A stretch of DNA of 64,000 bases, taken from assembly GCA_004431415.1 (NCBI GenBank), contig QPMI01000642.1, positions 62,001 through 126,000 of the forward strand, in the 5' to 3' direction. Of the stretch, positions 12,046 to 24,900 are shown piece by piece (within the stretch, counting starts at the first letter, position 1; each line of letters begins with the position of its first letter). The position numbers and the translations under genes were made by a program. The notes under the pieces are model-generated. The model was not told where the DNA came from and made no database searches. It saw nothing but the letters and a program-made list of their open reading frames with translations. The stretch comes from Cyanophora paradoxa CCMP329 (Eukaryota; Plantae; Glaucophyta).

Positions 12046-12569
12046 CAGTGATGAGTCTCTAATTTATAATACAAAATAATACTCATTTATATAATTATTA
12101 TAATAAACATTACTGTAATAGTCCCAGGACGGCAGTTATCGATAACAATAAAATAACCGGGGGGGGATACAGGCTACAAACACTCTAAACGCCGCGTAAT
12201 TCATGCTTAGCAACGCCTACGTCAAAAAGAAACGATGCGCAGCAAGCTATAAGAGTCGTACAGCATCTTTGGCGTTCCGGCAGGTCGCCCGCCCGCCCGT
12301 CCAGCCACGGGGGTACAGTGGGTACGGCGCCTCCCTCTGGTGAAACCACGGGAATTTAGATGTCTGCATTCTGAAATCCACAGTATAATAGCTAAGCCGA
12401 TGTTCTTATCCCTTTTCTAACGTTTTCGAGTTGTACTGAGAGCTGCGGGGGTGCCCTCTCTATGGAGCGTTATTTATAATACGCTAATCGTTATAATAAT
12501 ATTATATAACGTTAGTGTAATATTATAATAAAAGAGCGGATTTTGGTCTAATCTGTAATCCCATCACTG
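12046..12569. mobile_element. Non-autonomous hAT-type MITE (524 bp)
   Basis: Termini CAGTGATGAG / CCCATCACTG form a TIR. Perfect 8-bp TSD CCTGCATG at 12038-12045 and 12570-12577. Interior is AT-rich with no ORF. Confidence 0.88.
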
Positions 12570-12968
12570 CCTGCATGCGCTTGTGGGGTCGCCGGGGGGT
12601 ACGCAACGACCTGCAAAGCTGCGGGAGCGCGGATCGCAGCATCATCCACGGCAGCAGCGACCCCGCAACGCGCGGGATCGCTTAGCCGCGTTCGGGTAGC
12701 CTAGCCGCGCAGAGGTCGTCCTCAGCGGCCGTGTGGGGCGACCGCTTGGATTGGATCGGACGTCGACTGTACGGCCACCACCTGCTGACGGCCTTGTACC
12801 TGTAGAGCATTGGTGTCAATTGCATCAGGCATCTGCGTCGTGTGTTTGGAGCCCGTCCACTCGCGCCGGTGCCCGCCGTCCAAATCCTCCGCAACTGCGT
12901 TTCTGGCGGGAGGCTGACCAAAGCGCCCAGCCGCTTCGGCACAGCACTTGCCGGCGGTTGTGGAGCAG

Positions 12969-15900
12969 ATGGAGCACAGGAGAGGCCCGCGAGCCGCGGT
13001 GCGGAGGGCCGCGGTCGCACTCGGAGTCTTGGTGATGGTCGCTCTTGCCTCGTCGACGGCGATATCTGTGGACGAGTCGACTAGGGCAACTGATCTCGCG
13101 TATGTCGACCTTGATACGGCATCGAACCAGGCAGATCTCAAGGAGGCTGCGAACTTCTGCCCGATCCTGAAGGGTGCGCATATGACCTCCAGGGATGACA
13201 CGCCACGCTCGCTGAGGCCATCGCCGCGCGCAGTGAACGCGTTTCCGGCCATCGGTAGCTTCGCGAACGGCACCGTGAGCGGCCTGGTCACCATCGAGGG
13301 ATCTAGCGCGAACCTGCCGGACTTCGCCGTCGGTCCGCACGCCTGGTCCGGCGCAGTTTGCGCGGGACCTCTCTAATCTGGAGCAACGCAGCGACTTTGA
13401 GCTACGTGCTCACGCCGGGCGCCCAGGAGACGTACTCGACGTGAGCGAGTGCATATGACACCCGAGTGTTCGCTATGCTGACTCGTTCTCGCAGGTACTG
13501 GGGCAGGTGAGATTCTATGATCCCGTGCGGGCTGCTAATGTTCGCGCACGCTGTGTGCTGAACTGGTCGCTATTTCTTGCCATCCGTCTGCAGCTGGATC
13601 AATCTGTGCGCTTCTTGCTTCCTGCAACTTGAGCCGCACAGAAGCTGATTTCTGGCGCAGCCCGTCGGAGTCGAACCCGGTTGTGCCCGTCAGCAGCGGC
13701 GCGTGGTCGGTCCCGATCCCTTCATGTGCGTCTCCAATCGTATTCCTGTCCGCCCGTGGCTCCTCTGACGCATTCGCAGCCGATATCGTGAAGCTGCTCC
13801 TGGTCCCCGCGGGCGCGTCGGTTCCCCCGACGCGTAGCAACCGGTGCGCTGCAGAGGTGGGCGCGGTGCCGTGCCTTCCGCTGAGGCGGGTGCGATGCAG
13901 GTACCTGTCGGACGCCTACGAATCGCTAGCGCTCTCGCGGGCTATGCTTGCTATCGGTGGCGAGTCCCGCAGCCAGCTGCAGTGGTCTGTGCTTTTCTGC
14001 TGAAGCCTGAATTCCGAGCGTCATGAGGGCGGTCAGGTCGGGCAAGGTCTGGGCCAAGAAGACCGCGATCACGACCCGCCTGGACCCCGGTAACAACTAC
14101 TGGTCGGACAGCCCGTCGGACGTCTTCGTCGACGCCCAGGGCCAGCTGCACCTGACCCTCAAGAAGACGAACAACGAGTGGTACAGCACGGAGGTGATTC
14201 CCCAACCCTCCCTTTATGCCACGTGTAGTGTCTAGTATCAGATTTTCTGAGACGCTGTTCGCTTGCAGGTCGTCCTCCAGGACATCTTCTCGTACGGTAA
14301 GCCTCGCGCGAGCGCCGGAGACTCAGCCTCGGTCCGAACGCGCGCAACGCAGGCACCTTCATCTGGTACGTGGACGTCTCGCCGAACAGCGCCGTCCCCT
14401 GGTCCGACCCCTACGTGGATCTCGGTCTCTTCATGTGGGTGCGTGCCGCCCCGGCTGATCCCCCCCCCCCCCCCCCCCCCCCCCTCGCCTTGTGAAGAAT
14501 TTGAAAACGCGGCACTGACGCTGGTCGATTTTTCAAATTCGCATCACAGGAGGAAGAGGGGGTGAGTAGCCTCGAAAAGCCCGTGGCCTGTTTCCTTCGG
14601 TCACTTACCCCGCCGCCAGACCGGCACGGAGAACTGGAAGCACCGCGAGCTCGCGATCGAGTTCAGCCAGCACGGCCTGAAGAAGCCGGGCAACCTCCAG
14701 TTCGGCACGGCCTGGGATCCGGTGCGCTCCCCGCGCCAGTCCTCGCGAGCCCGCATGCGCTGAGTCGTCCCTCCGTGAGCGCAGGAGAAGGATTTCCGCC
14801 CGGACGACGCGGAGAAGCGGTTCAACCTGGACGAAGTCCGCACCAACGCCGGCGTCGCCGTCTCGAACAACCGCTTCACAGTCCAGCGTGAGTCCCGGCG
14901 AGTCAGCCGCTGTGCTCTTTTGGCGCTCATTGTCCACCGCAGTCACCTGGACGGCCGGCAGCGCCACCCTCCGGCTCTACTCCGACTGGTTCGCCCGCCA
15001 GTCCCCGACTGAGAGCGCGCGTGGCCGCCCGCTGATCTCCTCGCCAGGCACTGCAAGAACAAGCTGATGAGCGCAACGGAGCGCGCAACGCTCCCGAAGC
15101 TCGTCGAAGAAACCATTCGCGCCCCGGTGCGCTTGTCTGCGGCGTTAAAGCGTTTCCCTTCGCTGACTCGCAAGCCATTCAGTGGGTCCCCACGCCCGGA
15201 CGCCAGCGTGTCAGAATGAATCTGTGGAAGTATCGTGCGCTCTCCCCGCCCTGGCCTCCTCTTCCCTGCCCTTGACACCCTCGCAGCCGACGTCATCAAC
15301 TCGGTGAAGCTTGACCCGAAGGATAACTTCTACGAGGGTACGGGATACGTGCTCCACTCTAATTGAGATTTGCGCTCACAGTTTCGCAGCCATTCTTGGC
15401 GGTTTCGAGTACATCCCCGGCGGCCCCGTGCCGATCAGCGCCCAGATGCCCGACTGCGGCACCCTCAAGATCAACTTTGACCAGCGCATCGCCCTGCCCC
15501 GGAAGTCGTCGATGGTCTCGTTCCACCCCTCGTACCTCGGATCCAAGGCGACCCCTGAGGATCTCGCGAGCACCGACTGCTCCATGTTCAACCTGCCGAC
15601 CCTCGAGGTCCTCGGCGGTGACGCCAAGTGCACCATCACTGGCCCGACGCAGATCTCCGTTCAGCTCGGCGCCAACGCGACGATCGGCCCCGGCTCGCGA
15701 GTCCGCATCGAGGCCAACAAGGTTGCCGCCGCCGCCGTCTCCTGCGGTGACAACGAGCTGCTGGTCACGTGGCCGGCCGTTCGCCCGGAAGCTCTGCGCT
15801 CGTGCACGCCGATGGCCGCCGATGCGCTCTCTGCCGCGTGGAACCCCGGCGCAACCATCGGCGTGATGCAGGAGCCCGGCACTGCAGTCGATACGACGCT

Positions 15901-18900
15901 GGTGGCTGTTGTGAACGCGCCCCAGGCCATTCATGCGTGCTCGGACCTCGCCCTCGACGCCTCCAAGACCACTGGCACCTGCGGCCGCGCCGTGGACTTC
16001 ACGTGGACGGTCGAGTCCGCTTCCGCGAACGCCACCCGCCTCCAGGGCATCCGCGACCTCCTCGCCTCATCCACTGGCGCCGTGGTTGTCGTCCCCTCTG
16101 CGCTGCTGGATTCTTCGACGTCGTACACCTTCACCGTCGTCGTCCGCAACCGCAAGGGCGAGACCTCCACCAAGACCTTCACTGTCGCCGTCGTCCCCAA
16201 CAACATGCCCGTCGTCAAGATCTACGGCGCTCGCGACTTCTACCCTCGCAAGGACATCTTGACCCTGGACACGGAGCTCCAGCAGGCGTACTGCAACGGC
16301 GTCAGTGTTGGCGAGATCCCGCCCCTTGAGTTCATCGTGCGTCGCCTTATTTTTCTGGCCTCGAATGCGCCTGCTGACCGCGCGTTTGCAGTGGTCTGTT
16401 CGTCCGATCAGCCCTGCGGGCCCGGAGCTTGGGATTTCGCCTGACGCGATCAAGGACATGGGGCGGAAGCTTGTGATCCCCGTGGGCTCCCTCACCGCCG
16501 GTGTCACGTGCGCCCTCTCCTCGTTTTCAGTACTGTTGCAATTCTGTTCCTGATTGGCCGGCGCGCGCGCGCAGCTATGCCTTCCGCTTCACTGCGGTCG
16601 ACTCGACCAAGCCGACCGTCAGCAGCGCCGCCATCGCGACTGCCTCGGCGCTCTACTCGCCGCTGTCTGTTGACATTCCGGAGAACGACCGGACCGTCAC
16701 GCAGCAGACCGCTTTCTCCATCTCGTGCCAGGCGACGGACCCCGACGCCGGAACGGTCGGCTCGTGGTACTCGCCTGCCACACAGACTCAGCGCCGCCGC
16801 CTCAACTCCCTCATCGACGCGTACACAACGCGCCGGAACTCGCGCCGCTCCCTCCGTGACACCTCCGTGCCCGTCACCGTCGATGTGACCGACATCTCCT
16901 GCGTCAGCGGTGGCAACAACGGCTCTGGCATCTGCGAGATCTTCTTCGGCTACAACAACCCGTCGAGCACCCCTGTCACCCAGGACGTGACGACCAGCGG
17001 CGCGACGCTCTTCAACTTCGTGACGCTGCCAGCCGGCATGCCCCAGCCGAACATCCCGACGACCTTCGAGCCGGGCACCAAGGCGAAGGCCTTCTCGATC
17101 CTCGTGCCGTGCTCGGACTGCACTCAGACGTACAGCTGGTCCCTGCGCACGAGCGCGTCCGACCCATCGAGCATCGCGACGGCCAGCACGTGCTTCCCGC
17201 CGTCGTCGACCGCCCTCGTGTACGACAAGGCCACCGACAGCTGCGCGACCCCGCTGGAGACCATCGCTGGTGCACCGACCACGACCGCTACTCTCTCCTA
17301 CAAGTGGAAGTGCGAGGATATGTCGGCGCCCGGCGCTTCCTGCGACAACTTTGTCAACGGGTTCATCGGCGAGGTCACCACCAAGCAGCTGCAGCTCAGC
17401 TTCGCCAGGGGCGCGTCGAATCCGTTCCGCTTCACGTGCCAGGCGACCAGCACGATGTCCAACGGCGTTGTCAAGAGCGGCCAGGACACGATCAAGCTCG
17501 ACTCCATCCCGACCAATTCACCGACCGTCAAGGTCTGGGGGCCGTACGACGAGAACTGGGTTCCGTACCCCGCGGGCAGCAGGGTGCCCTGGGACAAGAA
17601 GCTCAACTTCCGCACGGAGGTCCAGTCGAACAACAGCGTCGGCGATCAGCTGGTGCCTTACTCGTGGAGCATGCCGGACAGCAGCATCGTGCTCGCACCC
17701 GGCGTCACGACCATCCCGGACACGTCCCTCAACAACTGGCCCCAGATGACTCTCCTCCCGAACGTCGTCCAGCAGGACGCTACGTACACCGTCCAGGTGA
17801 ACGCGAGGGACTCGTTCGGAAACCTCGGCTCCGCCTCTGTCACCTTCACTGTCGGCTTCCCTCCGCGCCCGACCAAGTACATCGATGGCAAGCTCTCCGG
17901 CCTGCAGATCACACCTCCGAACGGCACTGCGATGGGGGCGCCGGAGCGCACGCTCTTCACCTTCTGGGCCGACGGCTGGGACTCGCCCTTCGGCCCCCTC
18001 GAGTACCGTTTCTACTTCATCGAGCCGCTTAAGAATCAGACGGATTCCTTCCTTGAGTCGCTCCGCGAGCTTAATGAGACTGAGGGCACTGAACGTCTGA
18101 TCAGCTCGTGGTCCCCCATGTACTTCCAGAGCAACGTCCTGCTCCCTGTTGGCATCCTGCCGTACTACTACGTGGCTGGCAAGGTCTACGTTCGCGACAT
18201 TTTCGGCAACGAGGGCTCGGCCTACGCGCGCACGATTGTCCTGCCGCCCAAGTTGTCGGTGCGTTATTTGCATTAATCGCAGTTTTTTTCTTTTGAAGTG
18301 AAAGTGCTGACATGTTGTTGCAGATCGTGTCGCTCACCAACAGTTCCATCGGCTGGGCACGCGACATGATCAACGTCGGCGACCTCGGTCGTGGCCTGAA
18401 CTCCCTTCTTGCCGGAGCCAGCATCGTCAACGACGGCGCCGACGGCAAGTCTGCGGCATGCTCCATCTCTCTGCCATCCCAGCGGGACGTTTGGACCGAT
18501 GGCGCGGATGAGGACACGGATAACAACCTGGTGGCCGATCGCATGTACATTCGCGGCGAGTACACCATTCGTAACGACGGGCGCACTGCGATCGGCGCGC
18601 CCCTTAAGGCTGTTGATTGCAAGCATGTCACCTCGGCGGTGAGCATTGCGGTGAACACGGCTGAAGAATTCTTCGACGGGCGAGTTCCTTACTCCGACCC
18701 CTACGTGAATGATGGCGGCCTCAACCAGCGGCTCGACAACTCGAGCGGCGTGTCGGATATGTACTTTACTCTGACCGAAGTCGGCCAGCCCATGGCGGTC
18801 GGCAGGACGTCGACCTTCGAGCTGGTTGTGAGCTGCCCGGCTGGAGACGCGCGCCAGTGCCGCCTCCCCGTGTGCTCGTGCCCAGTGGTGGACAACGACC

Positions 18901-21900
18901 TGCTGTCTCGTCCCGAGGCTCTGGATAAGCTGATGGAGCTCGTGCGTGCCTCAAAGCGCTTGTGCTGGCTCCTTTTCTTCATTCGAGCTCACGCTTGTCG
19001 CGCTGGCAGGCCGCGAATATCACTTACCAGCTCAGCCGTGGCTCAATCACCGATCCGGCGGAGGTCATCTACTCCATCGAGCTGATCAACGAGATCTTCA
19101 GCAGCAAGGACACGCTCATGCATGGCACGACCACCAAGGCCATCGACATTCTTGGGGAGCTCCTGCGCTCCTAGTCCGTCTTTGCTGATTTTCGAGAACG
19201 ATAGGCAACAGAACTGACCTGCTTGCACGCAGCGAGGCGGGCCAGCTCCCGTACCAGACCACGTATGACGCCATCTTGGTGCTCGACCGCGCCATCACGG
19301 AGCGGAGCATCTACAGGCGCACGGACGTCGAGTCGTTCTCGGACAAGCCCGTCGTCGGACTCTCCGAAATCTCGACCTCCACCATCTTCGTCACCGTGGC
19401 CTTCCCCGCCAACCTGACGACCGACGACGTCATCCTCACGTGCGCAGCCTCGCTGTTCTGTTCCTCGGCTTAGCTTTACCTGACCACGCCCTCGCAGGCT
19501 GATCTACCGCACCGGCCCCGACGGCAAGCAGGAGCTCGTCGCGAGCCTGCCGAACGGCGCGAACACCTTCGAGGATACCGGCCTCAAGTACGGGACCACG
19601 TACACGTACACGGCCACCATGACGACGGAGTCCGGGTTCACGACGGACTACGCCGACCCGGTGTCCGGCACGACCCTCATTCCGGACGTTCTCCCGCCGA
19701 TCATTGACGACTGGCTCAGCGTCACAACTGAGAGTTCGTTCCTCGTCCCCTGGCCTCGCTCGCGTTCGAATCTGACCCTTGTTTGCAGGCGTGGAGCTGG
19801 TAGTGAGCGACGAATTCGACTGGACGGCCGGAAACCCTGAGGTGGCCGAGTTCGACTGGTCGATCGACTACTTGGAGGCGCAGCGCATCCAGAAGCCGCG
19901 CCCGGGTGAGGATTGGACGGCGGGGGGCGCCGTGAACGGAACCCGCATCACGGTCCCCAACACGTTCGTGTTCAACGACACGGGTCTCCAGGCCGGCTCC
20001 GTCTACGACTACTACGTGCGCGCAGTCGCGACGACCGGCAAGCGCTCGCCTTTCGATGCCACGGCCAAGTACACCGTGTACACCTGCCCGACGCACCCGA
20101 CGATCAGCACCACGGCGAACAGCAACACGTCCATCACTTTTGTGATTGACTCGCCCGTGGGTGGCTCTGCACGTGTGGCCTCCCAGGTCAAGGTCTATCG
20201 CATCTACGGCGACGACCCCGAGGTGGAGCTCTCCAGCTCCTCTTTCTCCGGGGAGCCTCCGGCCCTCAACGATGACATCTCGCACACTGATGTCGGCCTT
20301 CTGGCTGGCCGTGCCTACGTCTACAGCACCGAGTACGTCATCAGCGTCAGCGACCACACGTTCACGTGCTCGCGCTCCGACGGCACCACCCTCTACACGG
20401 ACCCGAGCCCCCCCAAGGTGTCCATCAACGGCACGACGACGGAGGGCGCGACGATCAGGATCGACTGCCCCGAGGACGCCCTGGACCAGTTCATCCAGAC
20501 GGTCACCATCTACCGCATCGACAACGGCGTGCGCACGACCGTCACCACCATTAGCGCCTGCGACGGCAACACGGACTCCGTCTACTTCACCGACAACGGC
20601 GCGCCCGACGGCACCACGCCGGAGTACGTCGCCGAGTTCAACGGCGAGCACGGCACGACCTCGCCCGAGTCGGGCAGCCCCGTCCCTGCCAGCCTGCCGC
20701 CGCCGCCTCCCACCCTGACGGAGATCGACACGAACCAGAACAGCTCGACCTTCAAGATCGCGCTGCCCGACGACGCCCACGACATCAAGGAGGTCTGCCT
20801 CTACCGCAAGCTCGTGGACGCGAAGGTCTTTCTCGGCTGCGTGGCCTGGCCTGGCGAGAGCGAGAGGGAGATGTCCTACAAGGACGACGGGCTCCTCCCC
20901 GGCCGCACGTACGAGTACACCGCGTACCTCGTGAAGGACGACGACAAGAACTCCACGTCCGCCCTGTCGAACGTTCTGACCGTCTACACGGATCCCAGCA
21001 CGCCGGTCATTGGCGAGAAGAAGGAGCTGCGGACGAACGACGGCCCGACCCTCGAGATCGCGTGCCCGTTCGACGCCACCCTGCAGTTCATCCAGTCGGT
21101 CTCCATATGGCGTAACGGTGTGCTCATCGCCGAGGACATCCCTGCCTGCAACGACGCCGACGGATACGGCCCCGTCGTCTACACCGACCTTGGCGCCTCC
21201 AACGGCACCAGCCCGACTTACAAGGCAGTGTTCAACGGTGAGCACGACACGAAGTCTCCGGAATCGGCCCCCAAGACCATCAGCCTTCCGCCGTCGCCGC
21301 CGATCCTCTCGGAGGTGAGTGGCACGAACGGGACCAAGGCCGACATCAAGATCGACCTGCCGGCGGACGCCGAGGACATCAAGGAGGTGTGCCTGTTCCG
21401 CTACCTGGCTGGCTCTTCCGTGGCGGAGTCAAAGACCTGCTACCCGTGGCCCGAAAACGGAGAGACCTCGATCACCGTGACCGACACAGGCCTGATCCCC
21501 GGTAAGGAGTACGAGTACCGCGGCGAGCTTGAGAAGGACGACAGTGAGGGCATCAAATCGGGAGAATCCGACCCGATCAGCGTTTGGAGCTCGCCCAACG
21601 CCCCGAGTCTGGACATTCTCGGGTCCAACACGACGTGCGTCCATGTTCAAATCACGGTCACGGCCCCCGTTGCGGGCGTTAAGGAGGTCGTTATCAAGCG
21701 CGACGGCGTCGAGGTCAAGCGCATCACCGTCACCGCTCCCCAGGCCGTCTACTCGTTCTGGGACTGCAACCTCGACTCGAGCGCCGAGTACGACTACACC
21801 GCCCAGTCTATCGGCCAGGGCGACAAGAACACGCCCTCTCCCGTTTCCGAAACCGAGAGCGGGCACACAGCCCCGCCGCCGCCAGTCCTCTCTGCCGTCG

Positions 21901-24900
21901 GAGTGCCCGATTCGGATTCCTTCACGGTCAAGGTCACGCTGCCGTCCACCGTCTCGGCCAGCGAGGTCAACACGATCGACATCTACCGCAACGGCGGCGA
22001 CTCTCCGTACAAGACCGTCACCATCGAGTCGGGCACGGAGGTCACCTTCACCGAGGAGGGCATGACTGCGGGCACCAACCACACGTGAGCCAGCTTTATA
22101 TGTTCCCTTTGAACTGAACACAAATCTCACGCTCGGCATTCTTTGGCAGGTTCACTGCTGTCATTAGGTCTATCTGGGGTCCAGAGTCCAATCCTCTGTC
22201 GTCCGGGGCGTCTGGTGCTCTTCTCATGACCACCGCGCCGCTCCCGCCCGTGATCACGCGCAATGTGGCGAACATCACCGACGACGGGTTCACGTTCACC
22301 GTCGCCTATCCGGCTGACGGCGATGGCGAGGACGCCGTCACCAGCCTGCACGTCCGCGTGGTCGTGGACGGCGGCAACACTGCGGTCGGCACCCTCACCC
22401 CGGCGAGCCCCGTCTCCTCCTCGGGCGGTACGTTCACGATCACGGGCCTCACGGCGGGCACCATGTACACCGTCGAGGCGTACTACAAGGGCTACGGCAA
22501 GGACCACGCGAGCACGACCAGCACTACGACCGAGAAGGACATCCCGACCGCCCCGAGCCCGCCGACGATCTCGGTCGCTGCGGGCACACCCGCGTATTGG
22601 GCCATCGATGTCACCGTCGGCTGGCCCACTGACTGGCCCACCATCGATGTTTTCGACAACAAGGGCATCGACATCGTGCGCGGCGACGATTTCCGGCCCT
22701 TCAGCTCGGACAAGCAGCCTGGCACGTTCGAGGACGAGCCGCCGCTCTCGCCCGACACAGAGTACGAGTACAAGGCGCGCGTCGTCGTCGACCTCGGCGA
22801 CGGCGAGAAGCTCTACTCGGACTTCTCGGACGGCCAAACGCTGAAAACTGATAAGCTTCCTGCCCGTCCCTCGCTGGAGAAGGCGAACATCACCGCCAGC
22901 GGGCAGCCGAAGTACAACGAGGTCAACCTCGCCATCTCGTACCCTGTAATTCCTGAACACTACGTGCTCACCAGCGTTGTCGTCAAGCGCGTCGTTTCAG
23001 GCGGCACCGACATCACAGTCCGCACTTGGACCAACAGTACACAGAATCTGGGTAGCGGACGCCCTGATACCGTCAAGGATGAGAATGTGCGCCCAGACAC
23101 TGATTACCAGTACTACGTGGAGATTGTTGCGACGAATGTGTCGAGCACGAACCCGACTCCGACGCCCACGCTCTCCACGACGTCCGACAACGCGGATGCC
23201 GAGACGATCCAGGCGCCGAAGCCCAGCGTGACCGTCAAGAGCAAGACGGACACCACCATCACCGTGACCATCACCCTGCCGGGCGCCGCTTCCGACATCT
23301 TCGCCGAGGCCGTCAAACTGTACATCAACGGCAGTGTCCGCACCGGTGAAACCGATGATTTGCCCACGACCTCGCCGCAAGACTTCGAGGTTACGGGCTT
23401 AAACCCCTCGACCGTGTACGAATTCAAGGTTGAGTACACGACGGAGGCGGACGGCTCAATAGTGTCCTTCCCATCGGACGTCGCGATTGGCCGCACGCTC
23501 CCTCCGAAGCCCGCCTTGACGAAGGACGGTGTGAACGAGTACCAGATCAACGTCACTGTCTCGGAGTCCGGCACTGTGAAAGATGAGCGCATCGTCAAGA
23601 CGATTATTTACCGGAACGACACGGATGGGCAGTTCCAGGTCGTGTCCGGCTTGCCCCCGGCGTTCTCGTCGCGCGGCGCCCAGGCCGGCGTCGCGTACGA
23701 GTACACCGCGATCTTCGTTGTCAACGACAACGGCGTCGATCTGGACACCGCCACATCCGATCCTCTCGTCGTGTTGGTGCCCGTGGCAGCCCCGGTCCTC
23801 AAGAACGAGACGACGGCCTCTCCGTGGGACTCGCTCAAGATCAAGATCGAGAACCCCGTGCCGCAGACTGTCACCGGCGTCGTCGTCACTCGCAGCGACG
23901 GCACCAACTCCGTGACCACAACGTACACCAAGGCAGAGCTCGAAACGCTTGGGTGGGTCCTTGCAAATTCCGAGAAGGATCTCGAGCCCGACACGACGTA
24001 CACGTACACCGCCTACTTCCTGACGAACGGTGTCAACTCCGGCGTGTCAAACTCGCTCGAGTTGCGCACGACCCAGGCCCCGAAGCCTGCCATCTCAATC
24101 AAGAGCAAGAACGGCACGGCGATCCAGGTCACCGTGTCTGAGATCAACACCGACCTCGCGGAGGCTGTGCGGATCTACATCAACGGCTCTGCCACCGGGA
24201 ACGCGAACGGCGACACGGACAGCCTGCCCGTTGCGGCGACATTCGATCACTGGTTCACCGGCCTCACTGAGTCCACTGTGTACGAGTTCACGGTCGAGTA
24301 CCTGACGAACCTCAGCCCCGACGAGAAGACCTCGCTGATGTCCGACCCGGCGAGCGCGCGCACCCTGCCGCCCGCACCGGTCGTCACAATCGGTGCCAAT
24401 CACGTGAACGAGTACCAGATCAACGTGACGGCAAGCATGCCCGTCGGCAAGACCGACGAGCGCGTCTTCAAGACAATCTTCTATCGCAACGCGTCGCTTC
24501 CACGCTCCGTGACCGCGGCGCCGCCGTCCCTTCTTGTCGACGGGGAGGTGAAGGCCGGCGTGACCTACGAGTACTGGGCCGTGTTCGTGATCGACGAAAA
24601 CGGCGAGAAGCTCACCGCCGAGTCAAACCACGTCTTCGCGACGGCCAGCGTTGCCGCGCCGGTCCTCAGCAAGGTCTCGAGCACTCCGGTCTCCATCGAC
24701 CTCAAGGTCGTCAACCCGGTCCCGGAGCAGGTCCTCGTCGGCGTCGTCATCACGCGCACCGAGGGCTCGAACGCGCCGGTCACGGTCACCCCGAATGCCC
24801 CTCTGAACATGGCGCTCGACGAGTGGACTGTCACGGACGACGACGGGCTGAAGCCCAGCACGAACTACACGTACACCGCTTACTTCACGACGCACGGCAA

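Noticed and set aside
19722-21245. 507-aa minus-strand ORF
   Set aside because: Antisense of FN3 exons, caused by codon bias.
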